The notes beneath the pieces are model-generated. The model saw only the letters and a program-made list of their open reading frames with translations, was not told the DNA's origin and made no database searches. Source: a virus (Duplodnaviria; Heunggongvirae; Uroviricota; Caudoviricetes). Taken from it: 64,000 bases of DNA. Made by a program: the position numbers and the translations under genes. Location of the stretch: positions 349,489-413,488 of the IMG/VR virus record IMGVR_UViG_3300028914_000001. The stretch is one strand, 5' to 3'. Shown one piece after another: positions 8,784 to 17,492 of the stretch (within the stretch, counting starts at the first letter, position 1; every line of letters begins with the position of its first letter).

Positions 8784-9305
8784 ATGGAACTTACCGAAGA
8801 ACAGAAGAAATTCAAGGAGGAGTCGCTCGAACTCCTCAAACAGTCCAACGATGCCGACTACAAGGCGTTCCTGAAGAAGGTTGACGAAATTTCCAAGCGC
8901 AATCTCCCCCTCGATACGAAAATCGAGTATGTTACTGGCCGTTGCTGCGGCTTTGAAGGAATCGGCATCATCCTCAGCGGCGTCATCAGGTGGAAAGACC
9001 AGGTCATACTCGCCCGTTTCGACCGTCCGATGCGTACCAAGCGTGAAGGCGGGGAATGCCACGCATGTGTAGACGTTTTCTCGCTTGGCCGTGCGACGCT
9101 CGAACTTGAACCTAATCAGGGCGAGTATGTCATCTTCGAGACAACAATCGGCGACAAGGATGCGTTCTGCAAGATTGTCAACAGCATGTGGGACTACACA
9201 GACCACCGTGGATACCTCGTCGAAGACCCGCATAAGATGTTCGGCGTGAAATCAAAGGCGGATGTACCCGATTTCGTTGAAACCAGTAACGTGCGAGAGG
9301 ACTAA
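8784..9305 (+). CDS. Hypothetical protein
   Basis: 173 aa, in operon. Confidence 0.7.
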   Translation: MELTEEQKKFKEESLELLKQSNDADYKAFLKKVDEISKRNLPLDTKIEYVTGRCCGFEGIGIILSGVIRWKDQVILARFDRPMRTKREGGECHACVDVFSLGRATLELEPNQGEYVIFETTIGDKDAFCKIVNSMWDYTDHRGYLVEDPHKMFGVKSKADVPDFVETSNVRED

Positions 9306-9306
9306 T

Positions 9307-10131
9307 ATGACACTTGAAGAACTGTATCGGTGCTTGGGAAGTTATGTAGAAAACGGCTATGGTAAACTGACAGTTTACGCCGAGAACGGCTTTGGCGAAG
9401 GCGGTGAGCTTAATGCCATAACTTTATTGAAAGACGGGGAGACCATAGTTTTAAGGGAAGATTTTGGTGGCCCATTCTTTGAAGGGGGTTTGTATGATGT
9501 GGACGGCAAGTCGCCATTTACTGCTAAGAGGGCTACTGGTGACGAGGGCCCAGGAGTGCATCCAAATCAGTATATTCTTGAACGAGAAGAAGGAAACGGG
9601 ATGATGCATACCATTGCTGACATTCCGAAAAATGCTCGTTTCACGGGAAATGTGGTGCCTATAACAAAGATTCAGAAAGATGAAAACCTACAAGGGGTTC
9701 ATTGTATGAAATCAAATGAATCATCAGTAAATGATGTCAGCTGGGACACTATCTTCGCTGAGGTTGTAAAAAAGCATAAGGATTATCTCGCAACAGATTT
9801 ATCTCCTTGGCTGACCGAAACATATAGCAAGGCGGAAAAGAAAGAGTATGTGAGATTGAAGTCCCAGGCCGTAAGTATGCCCCAGGATGAAATCTATAAG
9901 CATCTCGCCGACAGCAAGATTTGGCAGCGAGTTTCAAGAGAAGAAATGAATCGCCGTAACGACAAAAAATATAGAGCCCCTAAACATCCGGGACACGAGT
10001 ATTATGAACCTGAGGCATGCCCGTGGTGTGGCCGGGAAAGTCTTGAAAAGCAAGAAGACGGCAACTACCACTGCACATGGTGCGGTTATGACCATCTGAA
10101 AGAACGAAATTCATATAACTGGGACGATTGA
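9307..10131 (+). CDS. Hypothetical protein with C-terminal Zn ribbon (possible multi-gene fusion)
   Basis: CPWCG...CTWCG; internal RBS-like sites before in-frame ATGs. Confidence 0.6.
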   Translation: MTLEELYRCLGSYVENGYGKLTVYAENGFGEGGELNAITLLKDGETIVLREDFGGPFFEGGLYDVDGKSPFTAKRATGDEGPGVHPNQYILEREEGNGMMHTIADIPKNARFTGNVVPITKIQKDENLQGVHCMKSNESSVNDVSWDTIFAEVVKKHKDYLATDLSPWLTETYSKAEKKEYVRLKSQAVSMPQDEIYKHLADSKIWQRVSREEMNRRNDKKYRAPKHPGHEYYEPEACPWCGRESLEKQEDGNYHCTWCGYDHLKERNSYNWDD

Positions 10132-10141
10132 TTCTCTGTAT

Positions 10142-10181
10142 AAAAAATTAGGGCGGTCATGCTATGATGAACGCCCTTTTT
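10142..10181. terminator. Bidirectional intrinsic terminator
   Basis: A-run, AGGGCG...CGCCCT hairpin, T-run between convergent genes. Confidence 0.75.
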
Positions 10182-10192
10182 CGTAACATTTT

Positions 10193-11974
10193 TTAGAATT
10201 CTATCTCGTCGTCTTCACTTGTGTACGGGTCCCTTTCATTCTCGTGCTCGGTGTAGTAATCTTCCTCGCTCGGGTCGCCTGGGTTGTCGGGGTCATATTC
10301 TTCTTCAGATGTGCGTACACGGCCTCCGTAGGTCGGTGCTTCGTCTGGATACAATGCGGAGTATATATCTTCCTCGGACGGGGTGTCATCTGCGGTTTCG
10401 GCTGTACTTGCTGGCAGCCATAGTATCTTGGTTACAACCTGGAATGGATGCCCTGGCCTATGATATTCTTCAAAACCTAATATATTACCGTTTTCGTCTG
10501 GCTTGATGCTATCGAAACTCATGTGATGAATTTTTACACTTAACGGATTAAACGGTGGAGTCGAATATCTGGTAAGTTTCGACACCTTGTACTCATTCGG
10601 CTCCCTAGCGGCAAAAGCCCTGGCTTTCTTGTACATAAGCATGAAATCATCGTACGTTTGGTCACGTCGTATTCCCAATATGTTTTCAAGGGAATTAGAG
10701 CGCATCTCACCAATACATCCTACATTGGACCCTTCTTTTTGGAGGGGGACGGAAGTATCAAAGGCATCTCTCGGTACCCAGATGTACTTGGACGAGCTGT
10801 AGTTAAACCCGTCGTGACAACCAAAGCTGAATCCCCATGAGTTTCCATTTTTGTCTTCAGGGATGCTGTCATAATTTACGGATTGCACCTCGTTGGTATC
10901 AGTATCAATGAGGGGCATCTTATATTTTTTAATTGGACCTACATCGCCATAAGCTTCCATATCGTCATGCATTTTCAGGAAATCGGCGTAGCTCACATTA
11001 CTGCGTTTGCCTAAAGTTGAGCTTTTATAGTGTGATGTATAAACGTCACCCCTTTCATCGACATCTGGTTCTTGCAGTTTTCCAAACGAACCTTCGAGGC
11101 AAACCTTTGTTATATTCCCGACCGCTTCAAACTGATTCTTGCTAAGGCCAAGCTTGGCTACGTTTTCCATGAAAATATTGAATCTCTTATCCATTGTGTT
11201 ACCATTGGTACTTTCACCCAATAGTTTATAACCTGTCGGTTCCGATGGAGTAAGGAAGTTCTTGATGGTGACTCGGTCGCCCATGATTTCTTTAAGACGG
11301 TTCAAGTCTGGGTTCATACCCATCTTTGCAATCTGGTTCCTTGCCCACATGTTGTACAGGTCTTCATATACGACGAAGCTTAAACCTTTGTCGAACCGGG
11401 GCCACCTCTCAAAATTCCCGTAGAAGCTCGGGTCGATAATATGGCGTACGGTATTACTGCTTGGACGGTGGATTTCTCCCCACATGAGCTGCTCGATGTT
11501 GATGTCCTCGGGAGAAATACTCTCATGCGCCATGACTACATCGGCATTGTTCCGCACATCAAAGTCGTCTATGCGGTATTTTCTCAGGTTTTCTGGGGAA
11601 CAGTCGAGGGAAACTATCAACGGGCGAAAGGCATCGTATCCTCCGTTGCCGAATGGCTTGTTCATCGAAAACCATATACAATTAGATTCCCCGTTGTCGT
11701 TAATACGGAGTCCGTTAGTCAGTATGTCCCTGATGTCATCATTGTCCAATCCCGTCATGTAGCCGCAAATGTGGTACATCTTCGGGTAGCTTGCTCCGTC
11801 TACCGACTCCTTGAAAATGTGCATCTGTTGCAGATGTTCCTTCGCTTTCTTCTCGGACTTGTGCGAAGACAGGATTTTGCCCGTTTCGTGGCTCTTTATG
11901 ACCCACTCGGCGAGTTCACCCTTGGAGTTGCGATGCCCTTTAATATGGCAGACGTATTCGTATAGAGGTTGCAT
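10193..11974 (-). CDS. Putative virion-internal multi-module protein with ADP-ribosyltransferase (Tpt1/KptA-like) fold domain
   Basis: MYH...DILTNGL...IWFS...LIVSLD...HESISPEDI follows the YHxT..I...GL..V.LS..E.IPP..I pattern; upstream TATAAACT; acidic tail. Confidence 0.5.
   Translation of the reverse strand: MQPLYEYVCHIKGHRNSKGELAEWVIKSHETGKILSSHKSEKKAKEHLQQMHIFKESVDGASYPKMYHICGYMTGLDNDDIRDILTNGLRINDNGESNCIWFSMNKPFGNGGYDAFRPLIVSLDCSPENLRKYRIDDFDVRNNADVVMAHESISPEDINIEQLMWGEIHRPSSNTVRHIIDPSFYGNFERWPRFDKGLSFVVYEDLYNMWARNQIAKMGMNPDLNRLKEIMGDRVTIKNFLTPSEPTGYKLLGESTNGNTMDKRFNIFMENVAKLGLSKNQFEAVGNITKVCLEGSFGKLQEPDVDERGDVYTSHYKSSTLGKRSNVSYADFLKMHDDMEAYGDVGPIKKYKMPLIDTDTNEVQSVNYDSIPEDKNGNSWGFSFGCHDGFNYSSSKYIWVPRDAFDTSVPLQKEGSNVGCIGEMRSNSLENILGIRRDQTYDDFMLMYKKARAFAAREPNEYKVSKLTRYSTPPFNPLSVKIHHMSFDSIKPDENGNILGFEEYHRPGHPFQVVTKILWLPASTAETADDTPSEEDIYSALYPDEAPTYGGRVRTSEEEYDPDNPGDPSEEDYYTEHENERDPYTSEDDEIEF
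11223..11230 (-). promoter_or_regulatory. Intragenic TATAAACT motif 29 nt upstream of in-frame ATG 11194
   Basis: Same motif and spacing as the intergenic copies. Confidence 0.55.
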
Positions 11975-12001
11975 AGGGGAAACCAGATAGTTTTCCCCTA
12001 C

Positions 12002-12009
12002 AGTTTATA
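12002..12009 (-). promoter_or_regulatory. Putative late promoter TATAAACT
   Basis: 28 nt upstream of ATG 11974. Confidence 0.65.
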
Positions 12010-12011
12010 TC

Positions 12012-12191
12012 TCAGGATAACGCCTTGCTGATGATATCCTGTGCGACTTCAATGCATGCATCGCCAAATCGCCATCCGTTGTTGATGCGGTCTTCAAACC
12101 TGTCGGCAATGTCCAATGCGTTGTTGCAGTTAGAGAGTTGCTTAATATGGTACGAGACCACGTTCTTGTATTCCTGATAATCCAAAGCCAT
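12012..12191 (-). CDS. Small hypothetical protein
   Basis: MALDYQEY start after GGGGA RBS. Confidence 0.5.
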   Translation of the reverse strand: MALDYQEYKNVVSYHIKQLSNCNNALDIADRFEDRINNGWRFGDACIEVAQDIISKALS

Positions 12192-12202
12192 TGTAATTTC
12201 CC

Positions 12203-12502
12203 CTAAAACTGGCATGCCTTGCGTTCGACACGATATTGGCCGTCGTTTGCATACTGGTATTTCTCCCTCGTAAGTCGGGAGCCGTACTCACTGGTGATAC
12301 TTTCGACAATGACATTCTCCGTGTTCATTTCGAATTTAAGGTCGAAATCGCAGTTGGTCTTGGCGATTAGGATACCCTCATGGTAGATTAACCCCTGGAT
12401 GCCTTCTGCCTTGCATTCGCATCCTCCGAACATTCCAAGGATGCTTACTAACAGGCAGAGTGCCCCCAGAAAATACATGACTCGTTTTGATTCCTTGCTC
12501 AT
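12203..12502 (-). CDS. Putative exported/lipoprotein
   Basis: Hydrophobic N-terminus ending FGGC. Confidence 0.55.
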   Translation of the reverse strand: MSKESKRVMYFLGALCLLVSILGMFGGCECKAEGIQGLIYHEGILIAKTNCDFDLKFEMNTENVIVESITSEYGSRLTREKYQYANDGQYRVERKACQF

Positions 12503-13032
12503 ACTTTATCTCCTTTTATTTCAGTTACGTCCAGTTCATACCATTTGCTGTCTTTTTTATTTACTACCTTAATCTGCAATGTCTTGTCGCTATCGTCAGA
12601 TATGTCATACTTGCGTTCGTCGAGGATTTCGGCGGATTCGCCATTATCATAGCAATGTAAAAGCTGTACATAGACATGGTTCTTTTCACGAGCACATTCG
12701 AACAGGATGAAGTTATTCTTGTCGATATGTTCGTTATTCCATGTATAGCAAAGACCGTTGATATTTTTGAAGTCAGAAAGTGAGAACTGGCATTCAATAT
12801 CGGTAGGCGTTTTTGCCTCGATAGTACGCAAGTTATAGTCCGTATATACTACGTTCTTCATCTTTCTAAGTTCATCGGCAATTTTGCTGGGAACAATCGT
12901 CCTGTTGAAACATACCGTGGCAGAATTATCGTGGACTGAGATAACTCCATTGGATATGACATCGAACTTGACATCGTATCGGTCCTGAAGCTCTTTCAGG
13001 TTAATGAGAAATGTTTTAAGATTATTGGTCAT
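12499..13032 (-). CDS. Hypothetical protein
   Basis: Start MTNNLKTF avoids overlap with the upstream gene. Confidence 0.6.
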   Translation of the reverse strand: MTNNLKTFLINLKELQDRYDVKFDVISNGVISVHDNSATVCFNRTIVPSKIADELRKMKNVVYTDYNLRTIEAKTPTDIECQFSLSDFKNINGLCYTWNNEHIDKNNFILFECAREKNHVYVQLLHCYDNGESAEILDERKYDISDDSDKTLQIKVVNKKDSKWYELDVTEIKGDKV

Positions 13033-13049
13033 TGGTTGAATCTTTTTTG

Positions 13050-13406
13050 TTAGAATGGTAGCGTATCGTCCTTGTTGACAAGTAAAAGTTCCGTTAGCTC
13101 TGACTGGCTTAACGTGAACGGTGGGTAATACTTTCCCTTCACGTATTGCCTCGGCCTGTTCCACTTCTCGTACAGAAGGAACGGCATGAGAACCCGTGAG
13201 ACGAAACGGTAGGCCCGAATCATCTTGGTTACGAACGGGCTGTGGAAATCTTCTGGGTACAATTCGTTGAGCACTCGGTACGCTTCTTCGTCGCTAACCT
13301 GTTCTCCGTAGTAGTCTCCCGTGATGCTTCCATAGATTTCGCTAAAATACACACAGTTTCTGCAACAGGAAGTCGCATATCGTCGGCAGCGGTCACATAC
13401 AATCAT
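13050..13406 (-). CDS. Cys-rich hypothetical protein
   Basis: CDRC...CCRNC N-terminus; ATGA overlap. Confidence 0.6.
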   Translation of the reverse strand: MIVCDRCRRYATSCCRNCVYFSEIYGSITGDYYGEQVSDEEAYRVLNELYPEDFHSPFVTKMIRAYRFVSRVLMPFLLYEKWNRPRQYVKGKYYPPFTLSQSELTELLLVNKDDTLPF

Positions 13407-13702
13407 TTTGTTTCCTTGTTGAAAGCGATGTTTTCTACCTGTTCGGCACCGAATTCTACGATTGTCGGGATGTAGTCGTCATCGTCGAGGTCACGGCAAG
13501 CACGTTCGGCCTGTCCCAGTGATGAGTAGTGATGCCCAGTCGCCGGGTTGTCACTACACTCACAGAATCGAACCTTCTGTAGCCAACCTCGGTTTAAAAT
13601 CTTGCCTTTTATCTTCCACTGTACGAATACCATCCAGAAATGGAATGAGACATCCTTCGTAGGGAACTGGCGCTTTTCGAATGGAAGTGCTGTTCTACCC
13701 AT
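13403..13702 (-). CDS. Hypothetical protein
   Basis: Operon position, RBS. Confidence 0.6.
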   Translation of the reverse strand: MGRTALPFEKRQFPTKDVSFHFWMVFVQWKIKGKILNRGWLQKVRFCECSDNPATGHHYSSLGQAERACRDLDDDDYIPTIVEFGAEQVENIAFNKETK

Positions 13703-13704
13703 TG

Positions 13705-14076
13705 CTATACCCCCATGTCTGGCGTACGGCAGCCAAGATGGTTTGACTTCGGCTTTGCCTTGCCGTCATTCCAGCACTTGAACCGACATTCGGGACAGAA
13801 CGTGTAGTAGTCAACAATCACCTCGGGTGTCCATATGTCGGTGCCGCTGATGTTGTGCTCGCTCTGGACTTCCCGTGTCTTGCATTCGGTGATTTTCGTC
13901 TTGAACTCGCATCCGCATCTCGGGCACTTGAAGTCGAAGTACGGATTGCCGTGCTTGGTAATCTCGGACGATTCTGCAACGGGCCTGTCGTCTTGCTTGT
14001 CGTCGATATCGTCGACCGATTCAAACCAGCCCCAGAATGTTTTCCACGATTTTTTAATCAGTTCTTTGATATCCAT
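13705..14076 (-). CDS. Zn-ribbon hypothetical protein
   Basis: CPRCGCEF...CPEC. Confidence 0.6.
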   Translation of the reverse strand: MDIKELIKKSWKTFWGWFESVDDIDDKQDDRPVAESSEITKHGNPYFDFKCPRCGCEFKTKITECKTREVQSEHNISGTDIWTPEVIVDYYTFCPECRFKCWNDGKAKPKSNHLGCRTPDMGV

Positions 14077-14077
14077 G

Positions 14078-14317
14078 TTATCCCTTCTTTTCTTCACGGT
14101 CATCGACAGTCAATGACAGGATAATCTTTTTGCCAGTAGGGAGCTTCCAGGTGATTTCATAGGTATCGCTCCCCTTTTCAATCTTTCCCTTCATGTACTC
14201 GGCGACGGCACAGAGGGCCTCGTTGGTTACATCGTTCTTGACTTTCCAGACACCGGGCTTGCTTACGGTGCCTGCGTAGATTGCTGCCATCCCGCAGCCG
14301 ACGTGGTATTCTGCCAT
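14078..14317 (-). CDS. Hypothetical phage protein
   Basis: AAGGAG RBS; YHVGCG...IYAG...KNDVTNEA motif recalled from other phages. Confidence 0.65.
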   Translation of the reverse strand: MAEYHVGCGMAAIYAGTVSKPGVWKVKNDVTNEALCAVAEYMKGKIEKGSDTYEITWKLPTGKKIILSLTVDDREEKKG

Positions 14318-14472
14318 GTTAACTCCTTATAAGGGGGAACCCTTTATTGTCATTTTCTTGTGGCACTTTGTGCATTCAAACTTGTACGGCCACTTCTCTA
14401 CGCCGTATCCGTCTCTGGACAGCCTTTCCTTGAACGCAGTGGGTTCCCATCTGTGCCAACAGAAAAACTGTT

Positions 14473-14895
14473 TTAGCTTTGATTTGAACATGATTGCTCC
14501 ATTATTTTGTCAACATATTCGCACAACTCTTCAAGGTCTTTGTCGTACTCGACATCCATAGCGGCTACACTATCCATGTCCAATGCTAACACTTCTTTGA
14601 ACTTGTCATCTTCCTTTACATACCGCTTTGGCAAGCAGTCGGAATAGATGAATTTGCTGCTGTCCGACGGGTCTACCCTGCAGTCTACTCCATAGAACAT
14701 CTTTCCGCATTGGAACAGGGCGATATACCATTTACCAATGTCCGACGGTTCGACAACGAGGTCCGATTCACGGTTGTAAATCAGTTCCTTGACGATATCC
14801 TTCTTAATCCACTGGCAGAACATGTAAGCTTCTTTAAGCTGTTTGCCCCAATTCTTGGTCAGGTCAAAATCGTAGTAACTTTCTTCGTCCAACAT
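14473..14895 (-). CDS. Hypothetical protein
   Basis: 140 aa, operon. Confidence 0.65.
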   Translation of the reverse strand: MLDEESYYDFDLTKNWGKQLKEAYMFCQWIKKDIVKELIYNRESDLVVEPSDIGKWYIALFQCGKMFYGVDCRVDPSDSSKFIYSDCLPKRYVKEDDKFKEVLALDMDSVAAMDVEYDKDLEELCEYVDKIMEQSCSNQS

Positions 14896-14906
14896 ATTAG
14901 TAACCT

Positions 14907-15188
14907 TTAAGCAATCACTTCCTTGACTATGTTGCCATGTAGATATTTCTGGACATCTTCATCAAGCTTTTTCTTTTCTTCCACTACATAATCGAGGGAC
15001 TTCGAGCGGATTTCAACATACTTGTTGAGACGGACAGCTTTGTTCTGCCAATGGTGGATAATTCCTAGCGGTTCGGTGTCCCAAATCTGGACGAGGTACT
15101 CGTCAGTTTCCATCTTGACGATACGGGTGGCCAGGTGATGGTGATGTTCGATGTGGAGGATGTCTTTGATTTTGTTAATGATGCTCAT
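14907..15188 (-). CDS. Hypothetical protein
   Basis: AAGGAG RBS; HIEHHHH tract. Confidence 0.6.
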   Translation of the reverse strand: MSIINKIKDILHIEHHHHLATRIVKMETDEYLVQIWDTEPLGIIHHWQNKAVRLNKYVEIRSKSLDYVVEEKKKLDEDVQKYLHGNIVKEVIA

Positions 15189-15191
15189 GGT

Positions 15192-15518
15192 TTACTCCTT
15201 GTTTAAAATTTTAGAAACCAGTTCAGGTGGGTTCGGCTCCCAGGGGAGTGCATTCACGTCGAACTTTTCTGGATGAAGCATGACGTGGAGCGGTATGCCG
15301 TAATGAATCGGTTTTTCTTTCTGTTCTTCACGGGCCGCTTTCAACAATGTGATGATTTCGCCCTCGGTCGCACACCCGCAGTCCTGCTCGTCGATAAGCA
15401 GGGTGGTTTCTTCTTCCGAATGGTGCTTGCGGTATTCTCCAAGAAGGATGTCGAACACCTCCTTGGAAACAAGGACGCACTTGTCGAGCGTTTCGATGGC
15501 GTTTTCTAGTGAACACAT
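15192..15518 (-). CDS. Hypothetical protein
   Basis: First gene after the 15540-15568 promoter; GAGG RBS. Confidence 0.65.
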   Translation of the reverse strand: MCSLENAIETLDKCVLVSKEVFDILLGEYRKHHSEEETTLLIDEQDCGCATEGEIITLLKAAREEQKEKPIHYGIPLHVMLHPEKFDVNALPWEPNPPELVSKILNKE

Positions 15519-15539
15519 GTAATTTTACCTCGTGGTATA

Positions 15540-15568
15540 AATATATTTTAAATATGGAATTTTGTCAA
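15540..15568 (-). promoter_or_regulatory. Sigma70-like promoter TTGACA-N17-TATATT
   Basis: Exact motif on the - strand. Confidence 0.75.
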
Positions 15569-15578
15569 GAGGACACCC

Positions 15579-15776
15579 ATGCTCCCATACGAGAATAATG
15601 AACCTAATCTAGTCCACTTGTATCAGGCCGAATGCCACAACCCTGATATTCAAGCCGAGTGTCATAACCCGGACATCCAGGCAGAGGCTTCCGACCTCGT
15701 GCGTGAGAACTGTGCTGGATTTCGCCGTATAAATTACGATGCAAACGGATTTCCCGTCCCTAACGAAACTTGGTAA
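15579..15776 (+). CDS. Small protein with tandem QAECHNPDI repeats
   Basis: GAGGA RBS; two identical 9-aa repeats encoded by synonymously diverged codons. Confidence 0.6.
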   Translation: MLPYENNEPNLVHLYQAECHNPDIQAECHNPDIQAEASDLVRENCAGFRRINYDANGFPVPNETW

Positions 15777-15784
15777 ATGATGCC

Positions 15785-15813
15785 TTGCCAAAATCGTGGG
15801 CGTTGTCTATATT
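15785..15813 (+). promoter_or_regulatory. Sigma70-like promoter TTGCCA-N17-TATATT
   Basis: Motif and spacing. Confidence 0.7.
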
Positions 15814-15850
15814 TTAGTTGATTGCGTACTTTTCAAAATGGATTTGATTT

Positions 15851-16627
15851 ATGATTATTATTGACCCTCACCCGTTCGTTTTCAAGCAGGTCAAGACGAT
15901 GCTTAGGGAACTGTGCGACAAGCCCAAGTACGAAAAGACCATGGTCGTGCTCGGGTACAACGTGATGAACTGTTCCGAGGCAAGGCGGCTTAAAGCGAAG
16001 CATCCCGACCACAAGCTGGTTATCTACAACATGGAGCAACTCTACCGTGGGAGCCCATGGATTAACTCGAATACGAGAGTATGGTTCGAACAGGCTGACG
16101 AAATCTGGGATTACAACTTGGAGAACATCCAGTTCTTCTCCGATGTTCTCGGTTACAGGGCGAGCTACCATCCAGTAAAGTGGGTCGAATCCCTGAAGAC
16201 TATCGAGCAGGTGAAGCCTGAGGACATGCTGTATGACGTGCTTTTCTACGGGGAGGAAACCCCTAGAAGGACCAAGCTGATAGGGGCGATGCGTTCCGCA
16301 CACCGTGACTGGGCGGTAATCACGGCCACTGGCGTAACGGGCAAGGCTCTCGACTACCTCATTGCACATTCCAAGATTATCCTGAACATACATGCCTTTC
16401 CGCAGTACCAGTGTCAGGAAATCGTCCGCATGTTCTACCCGCTAATCAACGGGAAGTGCATCGTCAGCGAGCCGTCCAAGAACGACAACTATGCGGGCGA
16501 CTCCATCGTCTATTCCTCCTACGACAACATGATTGAAACAGTTAACGGGCTTCTTACTGATGGTAAATGGATTAAAGTCGCTTCTGAGGCTTCTGACAGG
16601 TTCCGCAGACACACAACAGCCAAGTGA
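15851..16627 (+). CDS. GT-B-type glycosyltransferase-like protein
   Basis: IYNMEQL, IWDYNLEN, YDVLFYG...RR, SKIILNIH...EIVR...CIVSE. Confidence 0.65.
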   Translation: MIIIDPHPFVFKQVKTMLRELCDKPKYEKTMVVLGYNVMNCSEARRLKAKHPDHKLVIYNMEQLYRGSPWINSNTRVWFEQADEIWDYNLENIQFFSDVLGYRASYHPVKWVESLKTIEQVKPEDMLYDVLFYGEETPRRTKLIGAMRSAHRDWAVITATGVTGKALDYLIAHSKIILNIHAFPQYQCQEIVRMFYPLINGKCIVSEPSKNDNYAGDSIVYSSYDNMIETVNGLLTDGKWIKVASEASDRFRRHTTAK

Positions 16628-17456
16628 GCCTGTACAGGAGAAAAAGCCTCCTCGTAAAGTGTACAAGTACACTGTAATCGAGTGTGTCCTCGGCGGGTAT
16701 GACTTGGTCAGGGAAGTGAAGAATGCCAGCAGCGATGTCCATTACCTGATGATAACGGACAGCAAGAAGGTGAAAAGCAAGACATGGGATATCCACCACG
16801 TTTCGGAATACCCGTGCCTTGCGAACATCGACGATGCGATAGGTGTCCTTAACTACATCCGCTACCATACGTTCGAGTTTGCCGATACCGACGTGTCCAT
16901 CTACATGGATGCAAGCATGCAGATAAACAAGCCCCTGACGAAGCTGTATGAAGACTTTGTCAATTCCAAGTCCGATATCGGCCTGTCCATACACCCTTAC
17001 AGGACGAATGTTTACGACGAGCTTCACGCATGGCAGTCGGCCCGTGGCCTTTCATCAGAAGAGGTTGCCAGCCAACGGAAGCTGTTCGCCAAGACCTCGT
17101 TCAACAAGTCCGTATTGTTCCAGTCTGGAGTAATCATCCGCCGGAATGTAAAGGTGGTCAACATAATTGACGACATCACATGGGCCATGCTGAGGCTTAC
17201 CGGGGTGACTTCCTATACGGCGAGGGTTGACCAGACAATCCTCAGCTATGTCCTCGCCACATATTTCAGCGGGGTCAAGTTCCTCCTGTTCACGCAGCAT
17301 CTGATTCAATCGAGTTACATAACATGGTTCAAGCACGGTTCAAACGAAAAGATTCTCATCGACAAGAGATATTATGTACGGCCCTCCGTTTTTGGCGTGT
17401 ATGTGACCCCTTATATGATTGAACCTGTCGAAAAGCCTGAAAATAAGGTATTTTAA
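16560..17456 (+). CDS. DUF616-family glycosyltransferase-like protein (start uncertain, 16533 or 16560)
   Basis: LGGYD, YLMITD, SIYMDAS, HPYRTNVYDE, DQTILSYV. Confidence 0.7.
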   Translation: MVNGLKSLLRLLTGSADTQQPSEPVQEKKPPRKVYKYTVIECVLGGYDLVREVKNASSDVHYLMITDSKKVKSKTWDIHHVSEYPCLANIDDAIGVLNYIRYHTFEFADTDVSIYMDASMQINKPLTKLYEDFVNSKSDIGLSIHPYRTNVYDELHAWQSARGLSSEEVASQRKLFAKTSFNKSVLFQSGVIIRRNVKVVNIIDDITWAMLRLTGVTSYTARVDQTILSYVLATYFSGVKFLLFTQHLIQSSYITWFKHGSNEKILIDKRYYVRPSVFGVYVTPYMIEPVEKPENKVF

Positions 17457-17492
17457 TAACGACGGTGTGAACATGCCGTCAAGGATATTTGA

